Shown here piece after piece: positions 38,679 through 48,268 of a stretch of DNA of 64,000 nt. The position numbers and the translations under genes are program-made. The stretch's first letter is position 1; the number at the start of each line of letters is the position of its first letter. The notes beneath the pieces are model-generated. The model ran no database searches. It was not told the origin of the DNA and worked only from the letters and a program-made list of their open reading frames with translations. The stretch spans positions 3,365 through 67,364 of the forward strand of contig CAYZGQ010000001.1 in assembly GCA_964478135.1 (NCBI GenBank). The letters are read 5' to 3'. Source of the stretch: an uncultured Candidatus Saccharibacteria bacterium (GTDB lineage Bacteria > Patescibacteriota > UBA1384 > GWA2-35-9 > CAYZGQ01).

Positions 38679-39587
38679 TTAATTCTTTTTGGATTGTTGA
38701 GTTATTGATTCAAAGATCGGTTCAAGTTGACCATCTAAAATAGAGTTTATTCTGGAAAAACTTTTACCCGATCGATGGTCGGTCACCCTGTCCTGGGGGA
38801 AGTTGTAAGTTCTGATTTTTTCCGATCGATCACCCGAACCAACCATTTGTTTGCGAACTTTATCGGTCTTGGCGTGGATGCTGGCATCCTCGATTTTATT
38901 GAGCCGGGCGGCTAAAACCGCCAGTGCGCTTTGTCTGTTGGCCGTTTGAGAACGTTCGTCCTGTGAGGTCGCGACTAGGCCGGTTGGCCGGTGAACGATT
39001 CGGACCGCTGTCTCAACCTTATTAACATTTTGACCGCCGTGACCGCCGGCGCGAAAAAATGATATTTCAAGCTCGCTTGGTTTTAATTTAGCCGAGTCTT
39101 GTTTGACAACCGGCAAAACCGCGACCGTGGCGGCGGATGTGTGAATTCGGCCTCTCTTTTCCGTTACTGGTGTTCGCTGGACCCGGTGAACACCAGCCTC
39201 GGTTTTGAGGGAGTGATAGGGACTTGGGTTAGTTTCAAGTTGAGCCGATCCTTGGTTTTGTTTAACTTCTACTATGGCCGATTTAATCCCGCCTTGACTT
39301 GACGTTTGAATCTCAATCGGCCGCCAAATCCACGATCGGCGATGGCAAAAGTGCCGATACATTCTTAAAAGATCGGCCGCCCAAATTTCAGCCTCACCCC
39401 CGCCCACGCCGGCCCTGATTTCAAGAAAACAGTCATTGACTCGTTCTTCCTTTTGGCCCTTAAACTGACCGGTTTGAGCCTCGAGGCGTTTAATGTCCTC
39501 GCGAGCCATCTGCCCGATCGCAGGATCAGGATTTGAAGCGAGCGCCCGCGCCTGATTGAGCTGTTTGACAATTGTTTGATAGTCCAT
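38679..39587 (-). CDS. prfA: peptide chain release factor 1
   Basis: GGQ motif ([18 protein letters not shown]) and the RF1-specific PxT tripeptide context ([10 protein letters not shown]). 302 aa. Confidence 0.85.
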   Translation of the reverse strand: MDYQTIVKQLNQARALASNPDPAIGQMAREDIKRLEAQTGQFKGQKEERVNDCFLEIRAGVGGGEAEIWAADLLRMYRHFCHRRSWIWRPIEIQTSSQGGIKSAIVEVKQNQGSAQLETNPSPYHSLKTEAGVHRVQRTPVTEKRGRIHTSAATVAVLPVVKQDSAKLKPSELEISFFRAGGHGGQNVNKVETAVRIVHRPTGLVATSQDERSQTANRQSALAVLAARLNKIEDASIHAKTDKVRKQMVGSGDRSEKIRTYNFPQDRVTDHRSGKSFSRINSILDGQLEPIFESITQQSKKN

Positions 39588-39791
39588 AGTTTTGGGCTGG
39601 TTTGAGTTTGTTTCGCCGGCAATTGGTTTGAAACTGACCCAGTCTTGCCAACCGAGCTAAGATAATGTTACACTCATCAACTGGATTGGTAAAATGTAAT
39701 ACTAAAATATAGACTCTCATACTAGACGAGAGAGATTGATTTTTTCTCTCTTTATCTTTAATTGTAATTTACTTTTGTCTTGCCGATCAAA

Positions 39792-40028
39792 ATGAAAAAA
39801 AAGATCCATCCAACCTATCACCAGGCGAGCGTGAGGTGCGCCTGCGGCGCTAACTACACCGTTGGCTCAACCAAGACTAACATGAGTATTGAGGTTTGTA
39901 GCGCCTGTCATCCACTTTTTACAGGCGATGCTAAGTTTTTGGACACAGCCGGGAGGATTGATCGCTTTAAGGCGAGACTTAAACAGTTGTCCGAGGCCGA
40001 ACCTAAGACTGCAAAAAAGTTAAAGTAA
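39792..40028 (+). CDS. rpmE: ribosomal protein L31 (Zn-ribbon type)
   Basis: MKKKIHPTYHQASVRCACG...CSACHPLFTG matches L31 including the CxC...CxxC pattern. The track ORF starts 12 nt upstream at another ATG. Confidence 0.75.
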   Translation: MKKKIHPTYHQASVRCACGANYTVGSTKTNMSIEVCSACHPLFTGDAKFLDTAGRIDRFKARLKQLSEAEPKTAKKLK

Positions 40029-40068
40029 CTAAAGCCTTTTTGCTAATTTCAACCCAATAACTGGATAT

Positions 40069-40959
40069 ATGGCTACCAAGATTATTAAAGTAAAAGCGGT
40101 CAAGTCAGCCCAAACAACTACCGGTCGCCAGAAGACCGAAAGCCATCTTATGGGTAAGACGAGCAAGGCCAAGGAGCCTTCAAAGATAGCCCTGCCAAGT
40201 GTTGAGAAACTATTTGAACTGGGCGCCCATTTTGGTCATCAGCGCTACCGATCTCATCCTGATTTTCAGGAATACGTCTGGCAAGTGCGCGATGGAGTTA
40301 TGATTTTGGATTTAAGCCAAACGCTTGACCGGCTCAAACTGGCGCTTGATTTTTTGGACAAGCAGAGTCGACTTGGCAAAAAAATACTAATTGTTGGGAC
40401 CAAGAGAATCAGTCGTGATTTGGTCGAGCGCTTGGGTAAAGAAACAAACACAGCTTGGGTCTCAAACCGGTGGTTGTCTGGTACTTTGACTAACTTTGCC
40501 ACTCTGATTGGACAAATCAAAAAACTCAATCGTTTAAGCGAGTTGATCGGCTCGAAAGAGTTTGAGCAGATGACTAAAAAGGAACGTTTAATCTGGGAGC
40601 GAAAACTGGCCAGGCTCCACGACAACTTTGACGGTTTGAGCAGTCTTGAGGCAAGACCGGATATATTAGTGGTGATTGACGGACACGCTCACCGGATTAG
40701 CACAGATGAAGCCAAACGTTTGGGGATCACCACGGTCGTGTTCGCCGACAGCGACACTGATCCTAGCCTGTGCGATTACTTGGTCCCGATTAACGATGAT
40801 TCACGATCAACGATCGAGCTGGTGATTAATTTAATCGGTCAAGCGATCGGCGGTGCCAGAACATCTGATCAGACAACAAAGCCGGACAGTCTAGTAAAAA
40901 GTGACAGAGCCAGAGCGCGCGGTTTAAGTAAAATCAATAATGTCCAAGACGTTAGTTGA
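40069..40959 (+). CDS. rpsB: ribosomal protein S2
   Basis: LFELGAHFGHQRYRSHPDFQEYVWQVRDGVMILDL matches the S2 signature region. The N-terminus is 30-40 aa longer than typical, so an internal start (M28, nt 40150) is possible. Confidence 0.85.
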   Translation: MATKIIKVKAVKSAQTTTGRQKTESHLMGKTSKAKEPSKIALPSVEKLFELGAHFGHQRYRSHPDFQEYVWQVRDGVMILDLSQTLDRLKLALDFLDKQSRLGKKILIVGTKRISRDLVERLGKETNTAWVSNRWLSGTLTNFATLIGQIKKLNRLSELIGSKEFEQMTKKERLIWERKLARLHDNFDGLSSLEARPDILVVIDGHAHRISTDEAKRLGITTVVFADSDTDPSLCDYLVPINDDSRSTIELVINLIGQAIGGARTSDQTTKPDSLVKSDRARARGLSKINNVQDVS

Positions 40960-41404
40960 GACGATCAAAAAGCTCCGGGATGAAACAGGGGCCGGACTAA
41001 TGGATGTTAAAAAGGCGCTCACTCAAGCTGGTTCGGATCTCAACAAGGCGAGAGTGATTCTGCGTCAGACAAGCGCTGTCAAAGCGGTTCAAAAGAGTGA
41101 ACGCTCGACCCAAGCCGGCTTGATCGAATCATACGTCCACGCCGGCAAAATCGGGGTGCTGGTTGAGCTGGGTTGTCAGACCGATTTTGTGGCGCGCACG
41201 AGTGAGTTCAAGGCGCTAGCCCATGAACTAGCCCTGCAAGTGGCCTCAATGGCCCCTAAAAACGTGACCGAGCTGTTTAGCCAAAACTACATCAAAGACG
41301 AGTCAACCACGATCAAGCAGATTGTGAATAACGCGATCGCGAAACTGGGCGAAAATATTCAAATTAAGCGTTTTGTAAGGTTTGAACTTGGTCAGGGCGA
41401 CTGA
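40940..41404 (+). CDS. tsf: elongation factor Ts (short form)
   Basis: N-terminal UBA-like ETIKKLRDETGAGLMDVKKALTQAGSDLNKA. 154 aa. Overlaps rpsB by 20 nt. Confidence 0.8.
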   Translation: MSKTLVETIKKLRDETGAGLMDVKKALTQAGSDLNKARVILRQTSAVKAVQKSERSTQAGLIESYVHAGKIGVLVELGCQTDFVARTSEFKALAHELALQVASMAPKNVTELFSQNYIKDESTTIKQIVNNAIAKLGENIQIKRFVRFELGQGD

Positions 41405-41575
41405 CCATTCTTCAAACTGTAATGTCTCAACCGATTAGTTGCTCTTGACAAGGCTGGTTTATGTCTTGACAATGTAAGTAAGACACAAACCGAAGGAGGG
41501 GAAATTAATTCAAGACAGAATGAGACTTGGGGGTTTAGTCTAGGAGAGTCTCTTGCGAAGCCCTTTATATGGCTA

Positions 41576-44500
41576 GTGCTGGGTGTTTTAGCCCTGCTCG
41601 GTCTGGTTTTAGTCAGTCCTTCGGCCGTCCAGGCCGGTGCAATCACCGGTTTGTCGGTTACAGTCAGTGACACGAGCGTCCAAGGGACGGCTGACTGGAC
41701 AATTGCCCTGACTCCAGAACAGTCAGTCCCAGCCAAGTCAAATGGCGGTCGGATTCACATGTGTGTCTATGGACCAGGCTCGATGAGTTTTCGGGATGGT
41801 TCTGTCGCGCTCGATTCGTCGGCTAGCACGAGCGGTTTGTCAATCTATGAACGGTTGGGAAATTGTATCACCCTTCAGTCAAACAGCGAGATCGCAGGAG
41901 GAACGGTTATCACTGCCAAACTGACAGGGGTTAGAAACCCAGACAAAGCCGGACGGTATGTTGGTCACATCTACAGCTCGACCTACGGCACCGCCCGAGA
42001 CGGCACCTCTCGCTGGGGCGGGCTCTACAATAGTTCTTTTACCATCGGCGATTTGACCAAGAACACTATTTCAGGTACGGTCACAGATGCCAATGGCGCA
42101 CCGGTCCGGTTTGCCTCCGTCTCTGTTTGGGGTAGCGGCGGCGGCGCTTGGGGCTACAGCTACACCGATCAAAATGGCCAGTACGCGATCGGCAGTCTAA
42201 CCACTGGCTCCTACAACTTTAGCGTCTACGGTCCCTACAACGAAGACGGTATCTTTTATTTTGCGCCTGATGTTTCGAGTATTTCAATTTCCGATACTTC
42301 GGCCACGACCAAAAACGCCAGCTTTTTAGCGACTCCCAAAACATTGCAAATTAAGGTTGAGGACGGCTCTGGTACAGCCATAACCGATGCCTATGTCTCG
42401 ATCTGGTCCAGAAACGGGAATGGTTGGGCTCAAACCAAAAACAACACCAACGGAGTCTACAAGATTAATGTTCCGAAAAACCGGACTTTTGGGTTTAGCG
42501 TTTATCCCCAAAATTGGCCTTCAACCTGGCAGTCATGCGGCAGTTATAACGAAGAAGTTACGACCGCCAACACCGATACGGCCGAGACTGTCAGTAAGAC
42601 GTTTAAGGTTTCCTCGCTCAACGCCACGGTCAAAGGTAAGATTGAGCGGTCTGACGATAGCACGCCCAAGCGCTGGTCAGTGAGCGTGAGTTTCCAGTCA
42701 AGCGGAGGTTGCTGGGCTTCAGCCGACTTTCCCGACGACACTGGTAATTTCAGCGCTAAAGTTGTCAGTGGCGAGACTATCACCGCGACTGGTTGGGTTT
42801 CGAGTGATCTCAACGAATCATTCCCAACGGTCAGTAACTTTTCGGTCCAAGCCAACCAAGAGCACAACCTGGGCGTAATCAAACTTAAAAAGCGTGATAA
42901 AAAGCTCGCTGTGACGGTTGTGGACAAAAATGGCGATCCGGTTAACAAGGCCAACGTCTACGCTTGGAAAACTGGCGGTTCGTATGAATATGCCAACGGC
43001 ACAACTGGCTCCGATGGCAATGCGGAACTCTTTTTGAGTCCAGGCAGCTGGAATGTTTCGGCCGGGCCAGAGTACCGCTGGAATGGCTCAAACAACGAAT
43101 ATGACTATGTCTCCAACTGGAAGTCTCAATTGATCAGCTTTTCCGAGTCAGACACGACTAAAACGATCAAGTTTATCTTCCAAAAGGTTACCTCAACGAT
43201 TAATGTCACCGTGACCGATGAGGCTGGGAGCGTCCTTAACCTATCGGGTAGTTTGTCGGCCAACGATGGTTCGCAAGAATGGTCAAATATCTGGTCCCAG
43301 CTCAATAGTGGCAAAGGCAAGCTTAGGGTTCCCCGAGGGACCTGGAGTGTTAACGCCAGTATTTGGGATGAGACCTATAGCTCACCAAATCCGGTTGACA
43401 TCACGATCGGTGATAATGAGACCAAAGAGATCAAGCCCAAGGCCTTGATCAATGATTCGACCATTTCCGGCAAAATCTACACAGAAGATGAAGATGGTAA
43501 CCGGACCCTGCTTAAAAACACTTGGCTTAGCATCTATGCTAACAAAAAAAATTCCTACTCTTCTTGGCGGTCAGCCTCGGTCAACCAAGAAGAAGGAACC
43601 TATTCGATCAAAGTTTCCTCGGGTGACTGGAGGCTCGGTTACTGGTTTTATAACAACAATTATATGTCAGGATACGGGAACGAAGTTGATGTATCGGTTA
43701 AATCAGGTGAAACTAAGACCCAAGATATTATTCTGCGCAAAGCTAACTACACCATCTCGGTCAAGGCGCTCGATCCAGACGGCAAGGCGCTGATGGGGGC
43801 TTGGATCACGGCTGACACGCGCAATCCTAAAGAGCGGACCGAAGCTGGTACTTGGTACTCAACCGGTACCTCAACCAATAATCAGGGAGAGGGGACGATT
43901 CAAGTGTCAGCCAACACTTACTGGATTAGTGGTTCGATGTGGTCAGGTTATATCAGTCCAGAGCGCCAAGAGGTTAAGGTCAATAAAGACAATCCAACTG
44001 CCAGTGTCACTCTCCAGTTCGGTCGGTCTGATGCGACTATATCTGGCACAGTCAAGCTCGATGACAAAGGGACTAAGTCGTTTGTTAATGCGGTCAGCGA
44101 GAAAGGCCGCTATGCCGAGACTAATTCAAGTAACGAAGGCCATTACATCCTCAACGTCTCGAAAGACGACACTTGGGTCGTCAAGGCAGTTAAAAAGGAT
44201 GGCGCAACTTTGTATCGATCAGACAAGAATCGAGTTGATCTCACTGGTAAGACCACGGGCATAGTCAATCTCGATTTGGTAAAAGAAACAATCAAGTTGC
44301 CGGAGGGGACGACCAGCACCTTTAATGCCAGCCAGTCAACTACCGTTAAGATTAAAAATGGCAATGTTGACGAAGTGATCATCACTGTTCCGACTGGCAC
44401 CCTGTCGAGCGATAATGAACAGATAACTGTAACGGCCGATGTGACCGAAGAGGTCACCGACACTTCAACTAGCGAGCCTGTTTTCGACTACGGTTATGAC

Positions 44501-45193
44501 ATCAACGCCAACGGTAGCCAATCCGGCACAATCAGCCAGTTGAAGGATAACGTGACCGTGACCGTAAACTATTCGGCCAACGAGCAGGCGATCCAAGATG
44601 AGGGAACAGAAGAGGACCTAGTGGTAGCCCGTTTCAACAACGAGAAAGGTGAATGGGAGCAACTCCAAGGTTGCGCTACAAACAAGGATGACAACACTAT
44701 TACCTGTCAAAATAATCACTTCACCAAGTTTGCGGTTGTCGCTTCAACCGACATCACCCCACCTTCTGCTCCAGGTAGCCAGAAGGCGATTGCTTCGAAC
44801 GCTAAGATTTCTTTAAGCTGGAGCAAGCCAAGCCAGGCCGACTTTGCCGGGGTTAACATCTATCGGTCAACCGAGAGTGGCAAGCTGGGTGATAAGATTT
44901 ACGGCAAAAATACCTCCACCAGTCACGACGATACGGTTCTGATCAACGACACGGTCTATTACTATACCCTCAAGTCAGTTGACAAAGCCGGTAACGAGTC
45001 AACCGCATCCGATCAGCTCAAAGCCAAGCCTTCAGCAACCTCGCCGGAGTCATCGGACGGTTCAACCACTGCCACGCTCTCAATTCTGCCCAAGACTGGT
45101 CAACCAGCCTCGCCTTTGAATTGGTTGTTGGCGATTCTGACAGTGATCAGCCTGGCCGGGGTCAGGGCATCGAGGATTGTCCGGATTAAGTGA
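41576..45193 (+). CDS. LPKTG-anchored cell-surface protein (1205 aa), paralogous architecture to 35272-38577
   Basis: GTG start immediately after an in-frame stop. Signal peptide LLGLVLVSPSAVQA. Multiple carboxypeptidase-regulatory-like domains (GTVTDANGAPV). C-terminal FN3 module (VNIYRSTESGKLGDKI...YYYTLKSVDKAGNES) and a sorting signal LPKTGQPASPLNWLLAILTVISLAGVRASRIVRIK. Confidence 0.8.
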   Translation: MLGVLALLGLVLVSPSAVQAGAITGLSVTVSDTSVQGTADWTIALTPEQSVPAKSNGGRIHMCVYGPGSMSFRDGSVALDSSASTSGLSIYERLGNCITLQSNSEIAGGTVITAKLTGVRNPDKAGRYVGHIYSSTYGTARDGTSRWGGLYNSSFTIGDLTKNTISGTVTDANGAPVRFASVSVWGSGGGAWGYSYTDQNGQYAIGSLTTGSYNFSVYGPYNEDGIFYFAPDVSSISISDTSATTKNASFLATPKTLQIKVEDGSGTAITDAYVSIWSRNGNGWAQTKNNTNGVYKINVPKNRTFGFSVYPQNWPSTWQSCGSYNEEVTTANTDTAETVSKTFKVSSLNATVKGKIERSDDSTPKRWSVSVSFQSSGGCWASADFPDDTGNFSAKVVSGETITATGWVSSDLNESFPTVSNFSVQANQEHNLGVIKLKKRDKKLAVTVVDKNGDPVNKANVYAWKTGGSYEYANGTTGSDGNAELFLSPGSWNVSAGPEYRWNGSNNEYDYVSNWKSQLISFSESDTTKTIKFIFQKVTSTINVTVTDEAGSVLNLSGSLSANDGSQEWSNIWSQLNSGKGKLRVPRGTWSVNASIWDETYSSPNPVDITIGDNETKEIKPKALINDSTISGKIYTEDEDGNRTLLKNTWLSIYANKKNSYSSWRSASVNQEEGTYSIKVSSGDWRLGYWFYNNNYMSGYGNEVDVSVKSGETKTQDIILRKANYTISVKALDPDGKALMGAWITADTRNPKERTEAGTWYSTGTSTNNQGEGTIQVSANTYWISGSMWSGYISPERQEVKVNKDNPTASVTLQFGRSDATISGTVKLDDKGTKSFVNAVSEKGRYAETNSSNEGHYILNVSKDDTWVVKAVKKDGATLYRSDKNRVDLTGKTTGIVNLDLVKETIKLPEGTTSTFNASQSTTVKIKNGNVDEVIITVPTGTLSSDNEQITVTADVTEEVTDTSTSEPVFDYGYDINANGSQSGTISQLKDNVTVTVNYSANEQAIQDEGTEEDLVVARFNNEKGEWEQLQGCATNKDDNTITCQNNHFTKFAVVASTDITPPSAPGSQKAIASNAKISLSWSKPSQADFAGVNIYRSTESGKLGDKIYGKNTSTSHDDTVLINDTVYYYTLKSVDKAGNESTASDQLKAKPSATSPESSDGSTTATLSILPKTGQPASPLNWLLAILTVISLAGVRASRIVRIK

Positions 45194-45903
45194 AATATGC
45201 TTTAACGGCACATCTTTTATCCCGGGCGGGCAAAATAGATGAGCCTGATTTGATGATACTCATAACGGAAGCGGGATAATGGTGACCGTAAGCGATCGAT
45301 CAATCGCCGACCACTTACAGGCTGGCGTAAAGACATTGATTTAACCGACAAATCTCAAAAAAGCGGTTGGTTTTTTTTGTTTTGCTCGCGCTTTGTGAAT
45401 CTTAGACCAGGCAGGATCGAGGGTGAGGTATGGGCCCGAATAATTTAGGAGTCTGCTGGAAGGATCAGTCAATGTCTGATGAGCCCAGGCTGATCAAGGC
45501 CGGTTTTACCACCTGCTATTGACAATGGGCCTTAAAAAGTGTCTGGCTCCAGGTACCTTGGACTGGGTAGGGCCCGGCAGGCCCGACATTTGTCAAGACA
45601 AACAATCGCCACGATCAGCCTCGGATCTTGCGGATCTAGAATGCCTCGCGTCTAGCAGCCTGATATAAAACACCCCGAGAGACTTGACTAGTCAAGACCG
45701 TCAGATGACACTGGAGACCGTCTGGCCAAAGGCCGACCGGATGAGCGTCCAATAAGCGTGATATCGCAATAACTAAAAAATAGGTCAATTCAGTCTGGTG
45801 GTACCAGGCCGCGGATCAGGCTCTGACTGGTTCAAGATAAAAAATAAACGGGATGGGGCAATAATCAGCCATTGGGGTCGCCCAAAAGGCGATTTTTGAT
45901 CAA
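45194..45903. other. 710-bp region with no ORF of 60 codons or more on either strand; candidate structured non-coding RNA or regulatory region
   Basis: Stops in all six frames. Contains a perfect 14-bp palindrome CTTGACTAGTCAAG (45683-45696), the inverted repeat TTGTCaaGACAA (45590-45601), GGGCCC-containing stem candidates and -35-like TTGACA elements. Confidence 0.4.
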
Positions 45904-45963
45904 ATGATGGACCCAGTGGTAAGGGTGCTTGAAAAGAGTTATTCAGCCAGGCACAATTGTGTT

Positions 45964-46446
45964 ATGATGACTGTCCTGGCGGCCGGGGTGTTTGATGTGA
46001 TACATCCTGGTCACATTTACTTTCTCGAGCAATCCAAGAAGCTGGGTGACCGCTTAGTGGTCGTTGTGACGTCTGACGAGACGGCCGAGACCCAAAAGAG
46101 ACACCCTTTTTTTAATGTTAAGCACCGGTTGTCTATCGTCCAATCACTTCGATCGGTTGATCTGGCGGTTATTGGGCAGGCAGGCGAGACCCTTAAAAGT
46201 GTGATTGATATTAAGCCAGACGTGATCGCGATCGGCCACGATCAATTCATTCAACCAATCGGTAGCAAAAGTTTAACAACTGGCATCGAGCCGGGCCGGA
46301 CAAGCGTTCAGCCCCAAGACCACGGGCTAGCCCAACTGGGCCGCGATTTGGCAAAATTGGGTTGGCGAGGTAAAATTGTCCGTATAGACAAAATGCCTGG
46401 GATTAGAGTTTCATCGAGTCGAATTAAGAAGTTACTTAGACGCTGA
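45964..46446 (+). CDS. cytidylyltransferase-like nucleotidyltransferase (HxGH family; TagD/RibL/RfaE-domain-II-like)
   Basis: The nucleotidyltransferase motif MMTVLAAGVFDVIHPGHIYFL (GxFDxxHxGH) and a later IAIGHDQ. Alternative ATG starts at 45904, 45907 and 45967. Confidence 0.6.
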   Translation: MMTVLAAGVFDVIHPGHIYFLEQSKKLGDRLVVVVTSDETAETQKRHPFFNVKHRLSIVQSLRSVDLAVIGQAGETLKSVIDIKPDVIAIGHDQFIQPIGSKSLTTGIEPGRTSVQPQDHGLAQLGRDLAKLGWRGKIVRIDKMPGIRVSSSRIKKLLRR

Positions 46447-46487
46447 CGTTAACTCGTTTTTTCTATTAGCTAGTTTCCACCAAAACA

Positions 46488-47045
46488 ATGCTTGATCAAA
46501 TCATCAAACAAACTCGAGACAAAATGGAACAGGTCCTAGCCCAGATGAGCCAGGATTTTAGCCAGTTGCGCACCGGCAAGGCCTCGGCCGTCTTAGTCGA
46601 GTCGATTATTGTTGACCAGTACGGGGCCAAACTGCCGATTAAGCAACTGGCCACAATTACCGTTCCAGATGTCAATTTAATCGTGATCACGCCTTGGGAT
46701 AAGGGGTCTTTGGTTCAGATCGAGGCGGCGATTGATCAGTCAAACCTTGGCCTCAACTCGGTTAATGACGGATCTTCTATCCGTTTGAACTTGCCGCCGA
46801 TGTCAGCCGAGCGCCGAGCTCAAATAGCTAGGCTGGTCCTGACAAGAGCCGAAGAGGCCCGAGTGGCCCTTAGAGAACTCCGTCAATCAGCCTGGTCCCA
46901 GGTTCAAAAAAATGAAAAGTTGGGTCAGTTAACCCAAGACGATCGTTACCGAGGCGAAGAGATGCTTAATAAGTTGATTGCCGAGTTTAACGACGAGGTT
47001 AAAAAGAGTGCTCAATCAAAGGAGCAAGAAATTAGTTCGGTCTAA
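46488..47045 (+). CDS. frr: ribosome recycling factor
   Basis: 185 aa. RRF-like throughout (MEQVLAQMSQDFSQLRTGKASAVLVESIIVDQYG...). Confidence 0.9.
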   Translation: MLDQIIKQTRDKMEQVLAQMSQDFSQLRTGKASAVLVESIIVDQYGAKLPIKQLATITVPDVNLIVITPWDKGSLVQIEAAIDQSNLGLNSVNDGSSIRLNLPPMSAERRAQIARLVLTRAEEARVALRELRQSAWSQVQKNEKLGQLTQDDRYRGEEMLNKLIAEFNDEVKKSAQSKEQEISSV

Positions 47046-47095
47046 CAAACAGTTTTGTTTGACTAGAATTACAATTTATTATTTTTAATCAAACT

Positions 47096-48154
47096 ATGGT
47101 TCTAATCACAGTTGTCGCCCTGATTTTAATCCTTGGAGTGATTATTTTCGTCCACGAGTTAGGGCATTTTTTGACCGCCCGCTTATTCGGTTTTAAAGTT
47201 GATGAGTTCGCCTTTGGCTTTGGCCCAAGGATATTTAAAAGACAATCTAAGCAAACTCTTTTCAGCGTTAACGCTTTTCCGCTGGGAGGCTATGTTAAGC
47301 TCCATGGCGAGGGTCAGGCTCTTGATGATTCTGATTCATTTGAGACAAAACCGATCTTACATAGAGCGGCGGTTGTCTTAGCGGGCGTGGCGATGAACTT
47401 GATTTTAGCTTGGTTGGTATTGAGTTTTTGGTACTTATTGGTGATTGTTCAGCCGCCCGACAACTCGGTGATTGTCGGTCGGGTTATTGCCGGTGGTTCA
47501 GCCCAGGCGGCTGGAATTCAAGCCGGTGATTTGCTCGTCCAGGGTGACTCGGTCAGATTTGAGCACGCCCGGGCGGTGGCCGAGTTTACTCGATCTCATA
47601 CCGGACAAACTGTCGAACTGGTGGTGCGGCGATTTGGCAAGGATGTTGTCAAGAGAGTCAAGCTAGGTGATGATCCAACCGCTCCACTTGGACTAGCCCC
47701 GATTGACTTAGTTGATCTTCCGGAAGGCTTAGAGGTTGGTCGTTCATCCCTGTATGCCCTTCAAGAAGTAACTTTAGTTATCAAAGCCAACAGTCAGTTT
47801 ATTGGTCAGCTTGTGACCGGTATTTTTAGCCGGGCTCCGGCCCCTGTAGGCGAGGTGGCTGGTCCGGTCGGGATTTATGGTTACTTGTCTCAAATGGTTT
47901 CGATTGGCCCGATTTTTGTGCTCCGTTTTAGCGCAATCTTGTCGCTAGTGGTGGCTTTTTTCAACATTTTGCCCATTCCAGCCCTTGACGGCGGGCGGCT
48001 ATTTTTTATCTTGATTGAGGGTCTAGCCGGCCGGAAATTAGTCCGCCAGCAGATCGAGCAGGCGGTCCACGCAGTTGGTTTTGTCTTTCTGGTCGGTCTG
48101 ATCCTTTTAGTAACGTATCAAGATATCGCAAAGCTGATTGGCAGTCGGCTCTAA
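47096..48154 (+). CDS. rseP: RIP site-2 metalloprotease RseP (M50 family) with PDZ domain
   Basis: HExxH in a TM helix (FVHELGHFLTARLFG), a PDZ region (GGSAQAAGIQAGDLLVQ), and the C-terminal LDGG motif (ALDGGRLFF). Confidence 0.8.
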   Translation: MVLITVVALILILGVIIFVHELGHFLTARLFGFKVDEFAFGFGPRIFKRQSKQTLFSVNAFPLGGYVKLHGEGQALDDSDSFETKPILHRAAVVLAGVAMNLILAWLVLSFWYLLVIVQPPDNSVIVGRVIAGGSAQAAGIQAGDLLVQGDSVRFEHARAVAEFTRSHTGQTVELVVRRFGKDVVKRVKLGDDPTAPLGLAPIDLVDLPEGLEVGRSSLYALQEVTLVIKANSQFIGQLVTGIFSRAPAPVGEVAGPVGIYGYLSQMVSIGPIFVLRFSAILSLVVAFFNILPIPALDGGRLFFILIEGLAGRKLVRQQIEQAVHAVGFVFLVGLILLVTYQDIAKLIGSRL

Positions 48155-48268
48155 CCGACTTAAGCTAAAAGTCAAGGTCCAAAATGAAAAATAACGCTCA
48201 AAAACGTCAGCCCTTTTTGATTTTTAAGTTGCAGTTTTGCTCTTTTCGCTTTACTCTTTGAACAGAGT

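Noticed and set aside
41392-41736. 114-aa minus-strand ORF across the promoter/start of the second LPKTG gene
   Set aside because: It is antisense to the signal-peptide-encoding start of a well-supported gene and spans its promoter region. It has no independent evidence.
45476-45483. CUGAUGAG hammerhead-ribozyme-like core in the ORF-free region
   Set aside because: No accompanying GAAAC and stem arrangement is present to complete a hammerhead catalytic core. It is probably a chance octamer.
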